Shown here piece by piece: positions 14,026 through 25,299 of a DNA stretch of 64,000 nucleotides. Made by a program: the position numbers and the translations under genes. The number at the start of each line of letters is the position of its first letter. Within the stretch, counting starts at the first letter, position 1. The notes below the pieces were generated by a model. That model ran no database searches and was not told the DNA's origin. It was given only the letters and a program-made list of their open reading frames with translations. Source of the DNA: Octopus vulgaris. Lineage: Eukaryota. Location: the NCBI GenBank assembly GCA_951406725.2, contig OX597823.1:98332001-98396000 (forward strand). Reading direction: 5' to 3'.

Positions 14026-14389
14026 CATCTAACCCTTAGGCTGTGGAGACATCAAGGTATATCCACATATGTATATGTGCCTAGGAGCTCATCCTTCTAT
14101 GAGTCCTGTGTGCCTTAGCTACGGGAACATCTGCTAGTTGACCTAAAATTGTGGACCTTCATAGGTGATACCAGCTGCAGCCTATTGTCATACCCAACAT
14201 GAACACTGACACAAAGACATACATACATTCACATACACACGTATATATACAACAAGCTTCTTTCAGTTTCCATCTCACTAGGTTTTGGTTGGCCTGAGAC
14301 GATAGTAGACGACACTTTCCCAAGGTGTCATGCAGTAGGAAGCAAACATTTTACCATTCTGCTACACTTCCACACCTGGGTGATATCAG

Positions 14390-14740
14390 AATTCTGAAGC
14401 AACTTCTCTTTGGTCAATTCTCAACAGGAAGGTCAGTTGGAAGGCCACTCTTGCACTTCAAAGACAAACTAAAAACAATCTGAAGCAATGCAACATTACC
14501 TTTTCTTCCTGCGAAGACAAAGCATCATAAGAGAGGACTTGATGCCAGTCCTGCTTCTCTTCAGTTCAAAGATTTGAGCAAAGTTGATTCCAACATTGGG
14601 ACCAACTTCATGCAAACAAAGAAGGCATGCTGGCAAAACACTGCTTCTCTAAATAAAGGCCTTACCTGACATTGTGGTTTTGTGGCAAAAGCAAAGCAGG
14701 CCTTGATGTCTACTCAAGAAAACACAAAGTAAATGATCCA
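14390..14740 (+). mobile_element. RTE/BovB-like LINE C-terminal remnant
   Basis: KQLLFGQFSTGRSVGRPLLHFKDKLK..LKQCNI, matching the PKQLLYG...GRP..RFKD.LK motif; contains stops. Confidence 0.65.
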
Positions 14741-14994
14741 CAAAGTAAACTGAGTCCTCAACTTGTTCCATTTGTTAAAAGGTTTGCAAGGCACCAGCAG
14801 GCCCCTCATGATACACATTTGTGTCCATAGAACTTGAGTACCACTTTATTATGCTGAGCCCTCATTTGTTGTTCATGACAAGAAAATCACTCACATACAC
14901 TAAGAATAAGGATTAGAAGAATGAAACAGAGCTTACTGTGCACTCAGCTATGCTTTTACTTCTCTTATCTGGTCAATATATATATATCATTTAT

Positions 14995-15227
14995 ATTTCT
15001 TTATTACCCACAAGGGGCTAAACATAGAGGGGACAAAGAAGGACAGGTAAAGGGATCAAGTCGATTACATCAACCCCAGTGCGCAACTGGTACTTTATTT
15101 ATCGACCCCGAAAGAATGAAATGCAAAGTCGACCTCGGCAGAATTTGAACCCAGAATGTAACGGCAAACGAAATACGGCTACGCATTTCGCCTGGTGTGC
15201 TAACGTTTCTGCCAGCTCACCGCCCTC
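14995..15227 (-). mobile_element. Nin-domain-type tRNA-SINE
   Basis: Reverse complement of the 45888-46119 family. Confidence 0.75.
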
Positions 15228-15779
15228 AATATATATATATAATTTAATGTAAATAGTATTGAAATAACAGCTACCAATAGTTTCATGCCATAGAAGCACT
15301 GTAATTCAACCCATTTATAACACACCTTGTATCTCCAAGCAATCTTTTAGGCTTCGTGCACCTGGTTAGGTGTCCTATTTGAAAATCTACTTTCTGTGTT
15401 GATCTTATAACAGAACAGAAAGCTATAAACAGCCATGTGAACTAAGGCAACGCATGTAGAATTAAGTACACTAAACATATACACAGCAAAGTACCTGCTA
15501 TTAATATTTTGCATATACATCTATGATGTGGTATTATGTTCACTCAGATATTTCACTTCTGCACACAGTTATAGATTCATTGTTACTCAAATAATTTCAA
15601 AATGTTACAGTGTTTCTTCACTGATACTATATTGTTTCTTTCCTTCTTTTTTTTTGTTAAAAAAAAAGAAAACAAACAAAACCTTCAACAACTGCACTGT
15701 AGTGGTAAAACTTAGTATTTACATTTCAAATAATGTTCTGGCTCAGTCCTCTCCATTTCTCCTATTATTTCAATCTTTT

Positions 15780-16245
15780 CCTCTTTGCATATTTCTACAG
15801 AACTCTATTTCTGTCATTTTCTCTTCTTCCTTAGATATTCTCTTTCTTTACCTTTCTCCTCCCCTTCTCTCTCTCTCTCACTGTAAATGTTCTCTTTTAC
15901 TCTGACTTTCTTTTTGATACTTATACCCTTTCTTACCCATTTTCCTATTGCTCTCTACCGCTCTGAGTTTTTTGTCATTTTTCTTCTTCACCTGCCTAAT
16001 TTACCTCACTGCTCTCTTCTTTCTCTTTTTACTTTCTCTCTCTCTCTCTGCCTCCTTACTCTCTCTCTCCTTTTTTCTTTCTCTTCTCTCTGTCTCCTTT
16101 CTTTCCCTAACTCCTTTCCTTCTCTCTCTTTCTGTCTCCTTACTCTCTTACACTCTGCACTCTCCACACTGTCTCCATTTTCTGATCTCTCTCTCTCTAC
16201 TCTCCCCATCTCCTTGCTCTTTATATCTACCTTTTTACCTTCTTA
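15780..16245. repeat. Long CT-rich polypyrimidine low-complexity tract
   Basis: Directly visible; explains the spurious Leu/Ser/Phe-rich and Arg/Glu-rich ORFs. Confidence 0.85.
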
Positions 16246-16600
16246 TTTAATTTTGTTACTGTTATCTTGGATTACAGTAATCTCAGACTGCTCTGTCTAC
16301 ATTATAGTTTTATCTGTGAAGTTTTATTTTATTTCTTTTAATTCAGTTGCTCATCTATAAAAATGTTATATTTCTACTTCATTGCAAGATGGGGGCCATG
16401 GGTTTCTTTTATTTTACTTTTTTTAAAAACATCTTTCTTTATATTTGATAAACAACTTTGCAGTCTTCACTACATGTTGGAAATGCTACTTATTAAAACA
16501 TTTGATATTTAAAAAAAAATAACTAGCTGATATTATTGCATGTAACTCTGCACAGAATGTAAACTTTATACAAATTAGTATTGTAGTCCCAATACTAACC

Positions 16601-16955
16601 TCTCTTTATATAAAGCTGAAGTTGTCTGTGTATGGCAGGTTTTGTAGCCTTCAACTAACACTATCTCCTCCGAGACCCTGCGGCGCAAGTTGACCAAAAT
16701 TGAGAGTATGATAGAAGAAGGCTTGTTCTTCCTTCTGTAGAAGAAAAAATTCAAATTGGACCATGTTAACACCAAGAATTATTTACATAAAAAAGGTGCT
16801 TTTTTTCTATGAAAATCCTGCTTTGTCATTTTTCGGTGCATTTCAACCAGAAAAATGTTCACTTACAGAGAACAACAAGCTACATAATGCAAAATTTTTA
16901 CTTTTCAAAAATTCCAATTCTAAAGGGTCGAAACAAAACTGAGCAACACTGCTAG
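16601..16955 (+). mobile_element. Non-autonomous Helitron-like element
   Basis: Starts 5' TCTCTTTATATAAAG and ends CTAG|T; the subterminal hairpin is eroded. Confidence 0.55.
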
Positions 16956-18036
16956 TAGAAAATAAAAATAAATAAAATATAAAAAAAAGTGATGGTAGTA
17001 GAGGAAGTTGATTACTTCAGTAATATCTAATCAAGTACCATTAAAAGTCTGGGAATTGAACTCCTGATCATACAGTTGTGATTGCAACACCCTAACCACT
17101 AGACCATATGCCTTCACACACACACACACCTGTATGTATACATGTGAATGTATGCATGTGTGTCTGTGTACATTTGCTGCTTGCTTATTCAGGTCGCAAC
17201 ATTCACTGGTATTTCTGTTGCCCTTTCTCCTGTTAATACAGTGTCTGCTTAGTTTGTGGATCCAGCTGTTAAACAATGCTTCCGTAACATATTTGTCTAA
17301 CTCATGCTATGTATACTGATGTAAAATGAAAAAAATGATGAGTGAACATGTATGATCACAATTTGCTTCCTTGTGATTTCATCTCATAATTCTCTTACAT
17401 TTTTATCTTTTATCAAATGACACTTTCAGTTCAATATCTGTGAAGTTGTATTTAGTGAGTAAATGTTCCTTAAAATGCTGTTGAACACTTTTCCACTTGA
17501 GTATCCTTTTGTTAAACACACATTTTTTTTTACCTCTAATTTGCTGCAGTTTTGAATTTTCCTTATACTTTACATATAAATAATATGCATGATTGCAGGT
17601 TTCATCATAACGAATGAACTCCAAACCAAGTAGATTGAAAAGAATGTTGATTTTGGTGTTTTAGCAGCTGATGAACCAGAACCAGTGAAATTTATCAGTT
17701 TTGATTGCAAAAATTTAGAATTGTTTGGTTTTGCTAGACATAGCTGAAATTATTGAATAATCTTACAAAACAGGTTTTCAAATAAAGCAAGGCATTTTTT
17801 CAGTTGATGCTTGATGACATTTTACATGATTTCATTATCCTGACAAATTAAAAATTACAAATATAGTTCAGAACTATATTGTATATGCACATTCAAGCAT
17901 CTGATGTTGTGAGTATAGATCTGACAGCTGGGTAATAACACAGTTTTCTACACCTGTGGCAAAAGCACACAAGTCTCGTATTTCCCCTCCACTAGGTTCA
18001 TGATCAGAACAACAACTAGCAGTTCATGATCAAAAC

Positions 18037-18260
18037 AGCTGGCAGAAGTGTTAGCATGCCAGGCAAAATGCTTTGCATTATTTCGTCTGCCACTACTTTC
18101 TGAGTTCAAATTCCGCCAAGGTCGACTTTGCCTTTCATCCTTTTGGTCGATAAATTAATTACCAATTATGCACTGGGGTCAATGTAATCGACTTAATCCG
18201 TTTGTGTGTCCTTGTTTGTCCCCTCTGTGTTTAGCCCCTTGTGGGTAGTAAAGAAATAGA
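18037..18260 (+). mobile_element. Nin-domain-type tRNA-SINE (further copy at 42768-42976)
   Basis: agctggcagaa...gagttcaaattcc B box; gtcgactttgcctttcatcctt...aaagaaatag end. Confidence 0.75.
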
Positions 18261-19343
18261 TCTATTGAGCAGAACCATCTGTAATTAAGATTTACGAGAA
18301 GTCATATTCCCTATCACTTGTAGTTTGATATGTCATGTAAAAAGCTATAAAAGTTATTCTTGAAATGATCATTTTGCAAAATTCTGACTTCAGTATACAT
18401 TTTTGTATGTGATTGTATTATGCTGTTATTATCAATTCAGATCAAGAAAACATTTTTTTTTCCATATAAAAAAATAATTCAGATTTGAAAGGATTAAGTG
18501 ATAAATAAAATTAGAAATAAAAATTAATAATTAAATTTTTTATTTAATTTCCTGCTTTGTATAATAGAAATATCTGAGAAAGCTAGTGATGTTCTTTGAC
18601 AGAAAAAAGTAAACTCTGTAATAATTAGCTGGAATGGTATATTGAATGTGTTAATTTTTTATTTTATTTCAAGGCTATGAAAATGTCAGCTTTAGCATTG
18701 TTTTTTTTCTTAAACTTGCATATTGATCTTGTTTCCTTTCCTGGTTTCTCTTCTCTGCTATGAGTTCTTGGCTGACAAGTAGTGTTGATTTATAAATCAC
18801 ATCTATGTATAAATGAAGAATTTGTTATTTGTGACTACTCATAGTTTAGGAAATATAATTGTTCTTTTGCACAAATAATTTCAAAGAACGAATAGAAAAA
18901 AAGAGTCTCTCTCTCTCTCTCTCTCTCACTCTCACACACACACAATTAATGCATGTATATTTGTGTGTGTATTTTTGAGTGCATGTGTATATTAAGCCCA
19001 CCTCACAATGAGATTAATAATTCCTTTGACGTATTCCAATTCATAACTGACACAGACTTTTTGTTCAACTCACACAAAATCTGTTTCTGTCACATCATTT
19101 CTTTCCTTGTCTATGAACCATCTGACTGAAAGTTATATTTATCTTACTATCCTGCACCTTTCTTACACACACACACACACACACACACATGTTTACAGTG
19201 AAATACTGTTTATTTTCTGGAGAATAAAATTATTTCGGAATTATGGAGATGTACTTGCACAGCAAGTAACCTGATCTGAGATCATGTGCTGGAACGAAAA
19301 CAATTGCAGCGTGGAAGGTGTTTATAATGATGCAGCATGGAAT

Positions 19344-19394
19344 TTTGTCAGTGAACAGGTAACGGTCTCAGAGCAATGAAAATATTTTGACAAA
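19344..19394 (+). ncRNA. Hammerhead-ribozyme-like motif with variant core GUGAACA
   Basis: Stem I tttgtca/tgacaaa (7 bp), core GTGAACA, eroded stem II, GAA, palindromic AATATT, then U. Confidence 0.5.
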
Positions 19395-19569
19395 TTAAAT
19401 TTAAATGTTGAAGTGAATCTAACAGTTTTTGTGTGTTTCTTAAATGGCTTATAAACACCTTTCATGCTGCAAAATTATTTCCTTATCTTTCAATACATCT
19501 CAACACTTCTAAAGCAAACTTCGTTTACTGTCATCGTAATTTGAATTTAATATATATACATATATATAT

Positions 19570-20190
19570 ATATAAGTTCAGCAAAATTTAGATTCAGATG
19601 AATATGGTACTTAAGTTAAAAGCACCAGAATTTGGTACGGTATTATCCATATAAATCAAATAAGAAGATTAGAAATCTCTAGAGCATTAGAAGTTCTCTA
19701 TTCTCCCTACTCCACTAGCTTCAGCCTACTTACTTTAGCTAAAATACATTCAAATGTGCCAAAGTTAAATTCCTCATAATAGGGTTGGGTTTATGGCTTT
19801 GACATTTGTACTACTCCTTCCTCTATCTATAAATAGAAAAAATTCTTGTTTGTCTCCAATGAACTAAATGAAAAACCCCTCCCCATTGATAAATCTAAAT
19901 AACAAAATGAACTCAGTGATAAAAAATCTGTCTATGGAGAAGGACCTTCTACTACCATGTTCTTCATGATGAAATTAACCTCTCTATCTATATATCTACC
20001 CTCTTTGTAATGTTGGCAAATGGAATAAGTATAAAAATGAACATTGTCAATTTAATTTTAAAAAATTCTATATGTGGCTGAAGAGTGCTTTACATTTTAA
20101 AACTGATGTAATACTTACATTGTTTAATTAAATGAAGTAGCATGAAACGATTGTACTACACTACCTTGGATATCCTTGTTGCTTATTTTG
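19570..20190 (+). mobile_element. Decayed 3' end of a Penelope-like element with terminal hammerhead
   Basis: Weak GIY-YIG C-terminal traces (YSTS.S.Y...LK near 19710) followed by the hammerhead at 20073. Confidence 0.45.
20073..20160 (+). ncRNA. Type I hammerhead ribozyme with intact core
   Basis: Stem I tgtgg/ctaca, CTGAAGA, stem II gtgct/agcat with a long AT-rich extension, GAAA, stem III ACGATTGT (near-palindrome), cleavage triplet GUA at 20153-20155. Confidence 0.7.
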
Positions 20191-20559
20191 ATTATATCAT
20201 CATCATCATCGGTTAACATCCGCTTTCCATGCTAGCATGGGTTGGACATATATTTAAACATCATGTACCTGCTTATATGTACTAGTGATTGATTACCTAT
20301 AGTTTGTTGTTAAGAACTGTGCTGGAGGAAAAACAGTTTGAGTAAAAGACTTGAGATCAGTTAGGAAGGGAGGTGGTGGTTAAGTGTAGAAGAGAAGAGT
20401 AGAGGTTAAAAGAGCTTATTATCTTGTTGATGGACTGTGCACAGGGAGACCTTACATCTATGGTTGTGAAGGTGTTGTGAAGGTCTAAGAGGGGAGGAAA
20501 ATAAAGTGAGATTGATTAAAAGCATGGTTAATATCTTTGATATGTGAGAGTTGGCTAAC

Positions 20560-21500
20560 AACCTGCAGCATATCAATTATCTACTTATTTTCCCCTAGTA
20601 TTTGTAGTGTTGTAACCTGAATGTTTTCTTTTTCTCCCTTCTTAGCTGAGTCTGGAAGAAGAAAGGAGCAGTGCTTATGATTTTTATAAGCCCTCCTCAA
20701 CCAGTGAGATTGATGTTATTAATGTTCTTTCTTAATAAGTAGACATTTATAGGAAAGATGTGAGCATAGAAAGAATTCCAGATTGTCAATGTACTGGGCA
20801 ATAATGATTAGTGTGGGGCTCTTAGAAGAGGCAGCTGTTGGCCCTCAAGAAGAGTGATGATAGAAAGAAAGGCGAGTGAGGTGGGAATGCATGAAAGGAG
20901 GTGGCATAAGCTGAGCCACCTTTGAAGATCAGCTATCATTATAATAACAGTAGAGAAGGCAGAGAGAGGAAACAGCAGATTTCACTTCCGTCCTCTAACT
21001 CCACCATAGACCAACATGGATGACTGCTATAGCATATTTAAACATTGCTAATCACTGAATATTTCCCCCCATGTTGGTGTCAGTCACTACTGCCCATATA
21101 TCGTTCTCTAATCCATGCAGTGTCCTAAGTCAAGTCACCTTACAAAATATTTCTCAACTGTACGTGACTGAGTTTGGGTTGGGATCTGTAACATTTGAGT
21201 CCTTTTAATCCCTCCTCAATACTGCAATCTCTTTTAATTGCAAGTCATAAGGTGTCTTGGTTAATAGCCTTGTACTCAGTAGGTCATATATAAAAGAAAA
21301 GAAGAATTGGGAAACAGTTTTGTTAATGATTCAGATTCTAAAATTATTGCTGTTCAGCTATTGAAATTGAATTCTCTGTGATCTTACTGGTTTTAAGATC
21401 TTTTAGAGAAGCCAGGTGGGTATATTGAGGTGTTTTCTTAAGGCCCACATCAGGCCATTGAAGGACTTGGATTTATGACTGTAAGTTAATGTAATACCTG
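20560..21500 (-). mobile_element. Old L2/Jockey-group LINE C-terminal remnant
   Basis: Minus strand near 20930-20980 reads AVSSLCLLYCYYND, like the RNVASL.LFYRYY motif; same kind as 49690-50095. Confidence 0.5.
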
Positions 21501-22191
21501 TTAGTAATTCTGTGTTCCTGTTGTCTTCTATGGAAAACTATATCTGCACGGTGTAACCTTTTCTAACTAGGTAGATAGAGGTAGTAAGTGTTAAATTACC
21601 TTGATCATAGGTGCAGACATTGTTGTGTGGTAAAGAAGTTTGTTTTGTAACCACAGAGTTTTAAGTGTAGTCCCACTACATGGTATCTTGGGTAAGTGTC
21701 TTCTGCTATATGGCTTTGAGCTAATCAATTCCTTGGGAATGAAATTGAAACACAGATACTGTGCAGAAGCCCATTGAGTGTGTTTGTGTGCTTTTGCCGA
21801 CCTGTATATTTATGTTTCTGTTTACATATCTGGTTTTGTTGACAATGCTTGGGTAAAAAAAAAATATTGGCATGTAATTACGTCCTGTAACTCAGCAGCT
21901 CGACTTATCAATGAGATAAATAACAGACTTAGAAATACCAGACTAAGAAAAAGATGTACTGTGATCAGTGTGATTCCCTAAAACCTTTCAGGGTGGGGTG
22001 CTGCATAGCTGCAATCTTATGACTAAATCAAGTAAAAAAATAGAAATGTAAAAAGAATAAAGTCCTAATAGAAAGATATGAACTTTATGTTTATTTAGCT
22101 CACTGCCTGATATTAAAGTTCAAATGCTGAAAATTAGCAGCTTCATAGCAATGCAAGTCTACATTAGTTATTTAGAACTAGTTAATCCCTT

Positions 22192-22859
22192 CTATATTTA
22201 AGAGATGAGGAATTATGTACATTGTTTACATTCGACAGATATTTTTCCTCATCTTGTTTGTTGCTAACACAACATTTCGGCTGATATACCCTCCAGCCTT
22301 CATCAGGTGTCTTGGGGAAATTTTGAACACGGGTTCTCATTCCTAAGGTATTTTTTGATGTTATTATTTATTATTATTGAGTGACAGAGCAGTGCATGCC
22401 ATCAAAGTGACACTGGGGTAAAATATACAAAGCCCAGTATACCCATCATGACTATCCGTCTGATAAGGGTATATTAGGCACATGCATCACAACCATATGT
22501 GCGTGACATGGTGATCTCATATCAAGATAAACAGCGCATGACCTTGCAGGTGGGGCCTAGTTAGAATTTTCTTCTGGTTGAGTAACCCATCCCGCTCAAA
22601 AGGTCCCTGAATAAGGGTCGTTTAAGGATGCTGAATGAAACACCCATGTTTCCAGAGGTGAATTATTCAAACCCCAAAGACTCCCTCTCAACACACAGCT
22701 ATGATGCTCCCCCACTAATTCTGTTCATGATCAGAGATGTACATATCATCAGCCAGTAAGGGACATGCTCAACTGGTTAAGGTCAAACAACCGACAAGCA
22801 AATCTGTGGTATTGAGCAGAATATTTGCTGTAGCCCAAGATTATTATTATTATTATTAT
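22192..22859 (-). mobile_element. Composite insertion flanked by the 13-bp TSD tagttaatccctt: a hammerhead-bearing repeat plus a second repeat (22378-22838) nested in (TAT)n
   Basis: TSD at 22179-22191 and 22860-22872. The element end recurs inverted at 12371-12400. Confidence 0.65.
22266..22311 (-). ncRNA. Minimal hammerhead ribozyme motif
   Basis: Minus strand: gacac CTGATGA a ggctg-loop-cagcc GAAA tgtt gtgtt. Confidence 0.65.
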
Positions 22860-24042
22860 TAGTTAATCCCTTATACTGTAGATCTGTGGTCAAAGGCATG
22901 CCATCATGTCTTTTTAGGTGTATCTGTGTCTACACTGTCTAATGTGTAGACATTAAGAAAATAGGATGTGTTTTGAAAGAGATTTGGCTGCTATTTTGTA
23001 GCTGGCTGAACAACCCCATGAAAACTCTATACAGTATGGTGCCCTCAATTATTTTTGCTTTAATTTTATGCATTTGAATCAAGGATATAGAACCCTTTGG
23101 CTAAAATATATATTTTTTGTGTTTAATAACATTCTTTTAGTGTCTGGCTAGAAAAGCAATAAAGTTTGAATACTTGGCTCATAAAAATAAAATTATAAAC
23201 AAGAGATATTAAATAACAAAAGTATTTCCTTTTTCTGATATGCTTTTGTAAAAATTTGAGTTATATGATAGAAATGTTGCTTGTCATACTTGGATGTGAC
23301 AGACTTAACCGAGAAACCAAAGGTAGATTAGTCTATCAAATAATATTACTTGCCTGACCTCAATTTTATTTTGGTCTTTCCTTTTAGTGACACAAACAAC
23401 ATTCTTTAACTAGAAATACGAAAGGTATTTCTTTCTATAATATTGTTTTTGTTTTAAAAAAATTTTTTTTTGTTTCAGTTTTTAATTCGTTAGAATCCAT
23501 CAAACTTGTAGTTACTACTTTTAAAAAAATTTAAGTTTTAAGAATATTTCTTCGGGAAATATGCTTGTGAATGCATGTGTGTGTGTGTGTATGAGAGAGA
23601 GAGTGAGTGTAATGGAGAATAATGAACACATCCTCTCTCACTGTCTCTCTCCTCACCTCTAACACATTCACTATCGGTTTGAGGCTTGAACACAGCAAAT
23701 ATTTTGTTGTTATTGTTATTCAAATTTAGTTACATTTAGCAAAGTAATACAACAGCCTGGTTTGTCCAGTTTTATGTGAATATACTTGCTTTCTGCAAAG
23801 GTTTATGACATATAAACAAAATGATCGAGAGTTCTTTTCAAACCTACTTGAATTGTTAAGCATGGTTAAGATTCTTCTTCTTTTTTTTTTGTACTTATTG
23901 AAAAATAGTTATGATAAAGAGTGTTTGGGTGTGGCTGTGTGGTAATAAATTTGTTTCAAACCATGTGGTTATTTCACCCAGTGGCACTAAGGGCAAGTGG
24001 CTTCTATTATAACCCTGGGCTGACCAAAGCTTGTGAGTGGAC

Positions 24043-24459
24043 CTCATCATCATCATCATCATCATCATTTAGCATCCGCTTTCCATGCTAGCATGGGTTG
24101 GACGGTTCAACTGGGGTCTGTGAAGCTGGAAGGCTTCGTCAGGCCCAGTCAGATCTGGCAGTGTTTCTACGGCTGGATGCCCTTCCTAACGCCAACCACT
24201 CCGTGAGTGTAGTGGGTGTTTTTTACGTGCCACCTGCACAGGTGCCAGACAGAGCTGGCAAACGGCCACGAACGGATGGTGCTTTTACGTGTCACCGGCA
24301 TGGGGGCCAGGCGAGGCTGGCAACGGACACGAATGGATGGTGCTTTTATGTGCCACCGACACGGGGCCAGACAGAGCTGGCAAACGGCCACGAACAGATG
24401 GTGCTTTTACGTGTCACTGGCACGGGGGCCAGGCGAGGCTGGCAACGGACATAGATGAT
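24043..24459 (-). mobile_element. RTE 3'-end repeat with an ABAB tandem array, inserted into a CORE-SINE (23928-24042 / 24460-24690)
   Basis: Four ~60-bp modules alternating cagacagagctggcaaacggcc and caggcgaggctggcaacggac; the host SINE resumes afterwards. Confidence 0.75.
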
Positions 24460-25299
24460 AAACTGAAAGAAGCCTCTGCATGTGTGTGTGCATGTTTGTG
24501 TGTGTGTATGTGTGTCCTTGTGTTGTGTTTGTTCCACACCGCTGCTTGACAACTTGTGATGGTTTTTTTTTACAAAAGAGGCTGGTAGAATAAGTACTAG
24601 GCTTGAAAAGTAAGTGCTGGGGTCAATCTGTTTGACAAAACCCTTCACGGTGGTGCCTCAGCAAAGCCCAATGACTGAAAAAAATAAAAGAGAAATGATA
24701 AAAGATCCACCTTATATGCATCACATAAAATAATCACAAGATTCAAATAAAACTAGATATTTTCATATGATTATGGTAAGGTCCCACATATGTATTATAA
24801 GTTGAAAAGAACTTTAATGGAAATTATTCATTAAAAAAAGCTAGGAAGAGAGATAATTCCAGTAAGCTCAATTAACTGAACATTTTGGAAAATTCAGAAT
24901 GAGAATGGTACACATTTTTTTTTCTAGATAACAGCTTCTTGCAAATAAGTAGAATATGGCTGGTTTTCTGATTTGTTATTGATATTCCATTAGCAAGGCT
25001 CAGTATTGTCCCAATTCAATAATCAAACATGAACCATGTTCCTTTTTTTCTGACTGATTATCCATAGCTTACTTAAGATTTGCTTTCTTATCAACTTTCA
25101 GTGCATCAGTATTGCCACTCTCCGCAACTTCTTTCTTAGGAAATCTTTGTTCCTCTGATTACATTGTGTAACATGATTTCTGTCCTTGGTAGCAGCTGTT
25201 ATTTCCTATTTGCTTACCCCTAGAAAGTATGAAAAATGGCAAATATTTCCTTCAAATTTTGCTTATGTTACATTTATTCAACTTTGCCCAGGTTATCCT

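Noticed and set aside
15528-16360. Hydrophobic 100-157 aa ORFs resembling membrane proteins
   Set aside because: They arise from a CT-rich low-complexity tract.
17660-17705. CTGATGA...GAAA hammerhead-like spacing
   Set aside because: No stem I or stem III pairing and only a 2-bp stem II.
17130-18030. Coding-like decayed stretch on the minus strand
   Set aside because: No recognisable motif; many stops; cannot be assigned.
24215-24459. Regularly spaced repeats resembling a CRISPR array
   Set aside because: The intervening parts are themselves repeated, there are no cas genes, and the context is a eukaryotic LINE UTR.
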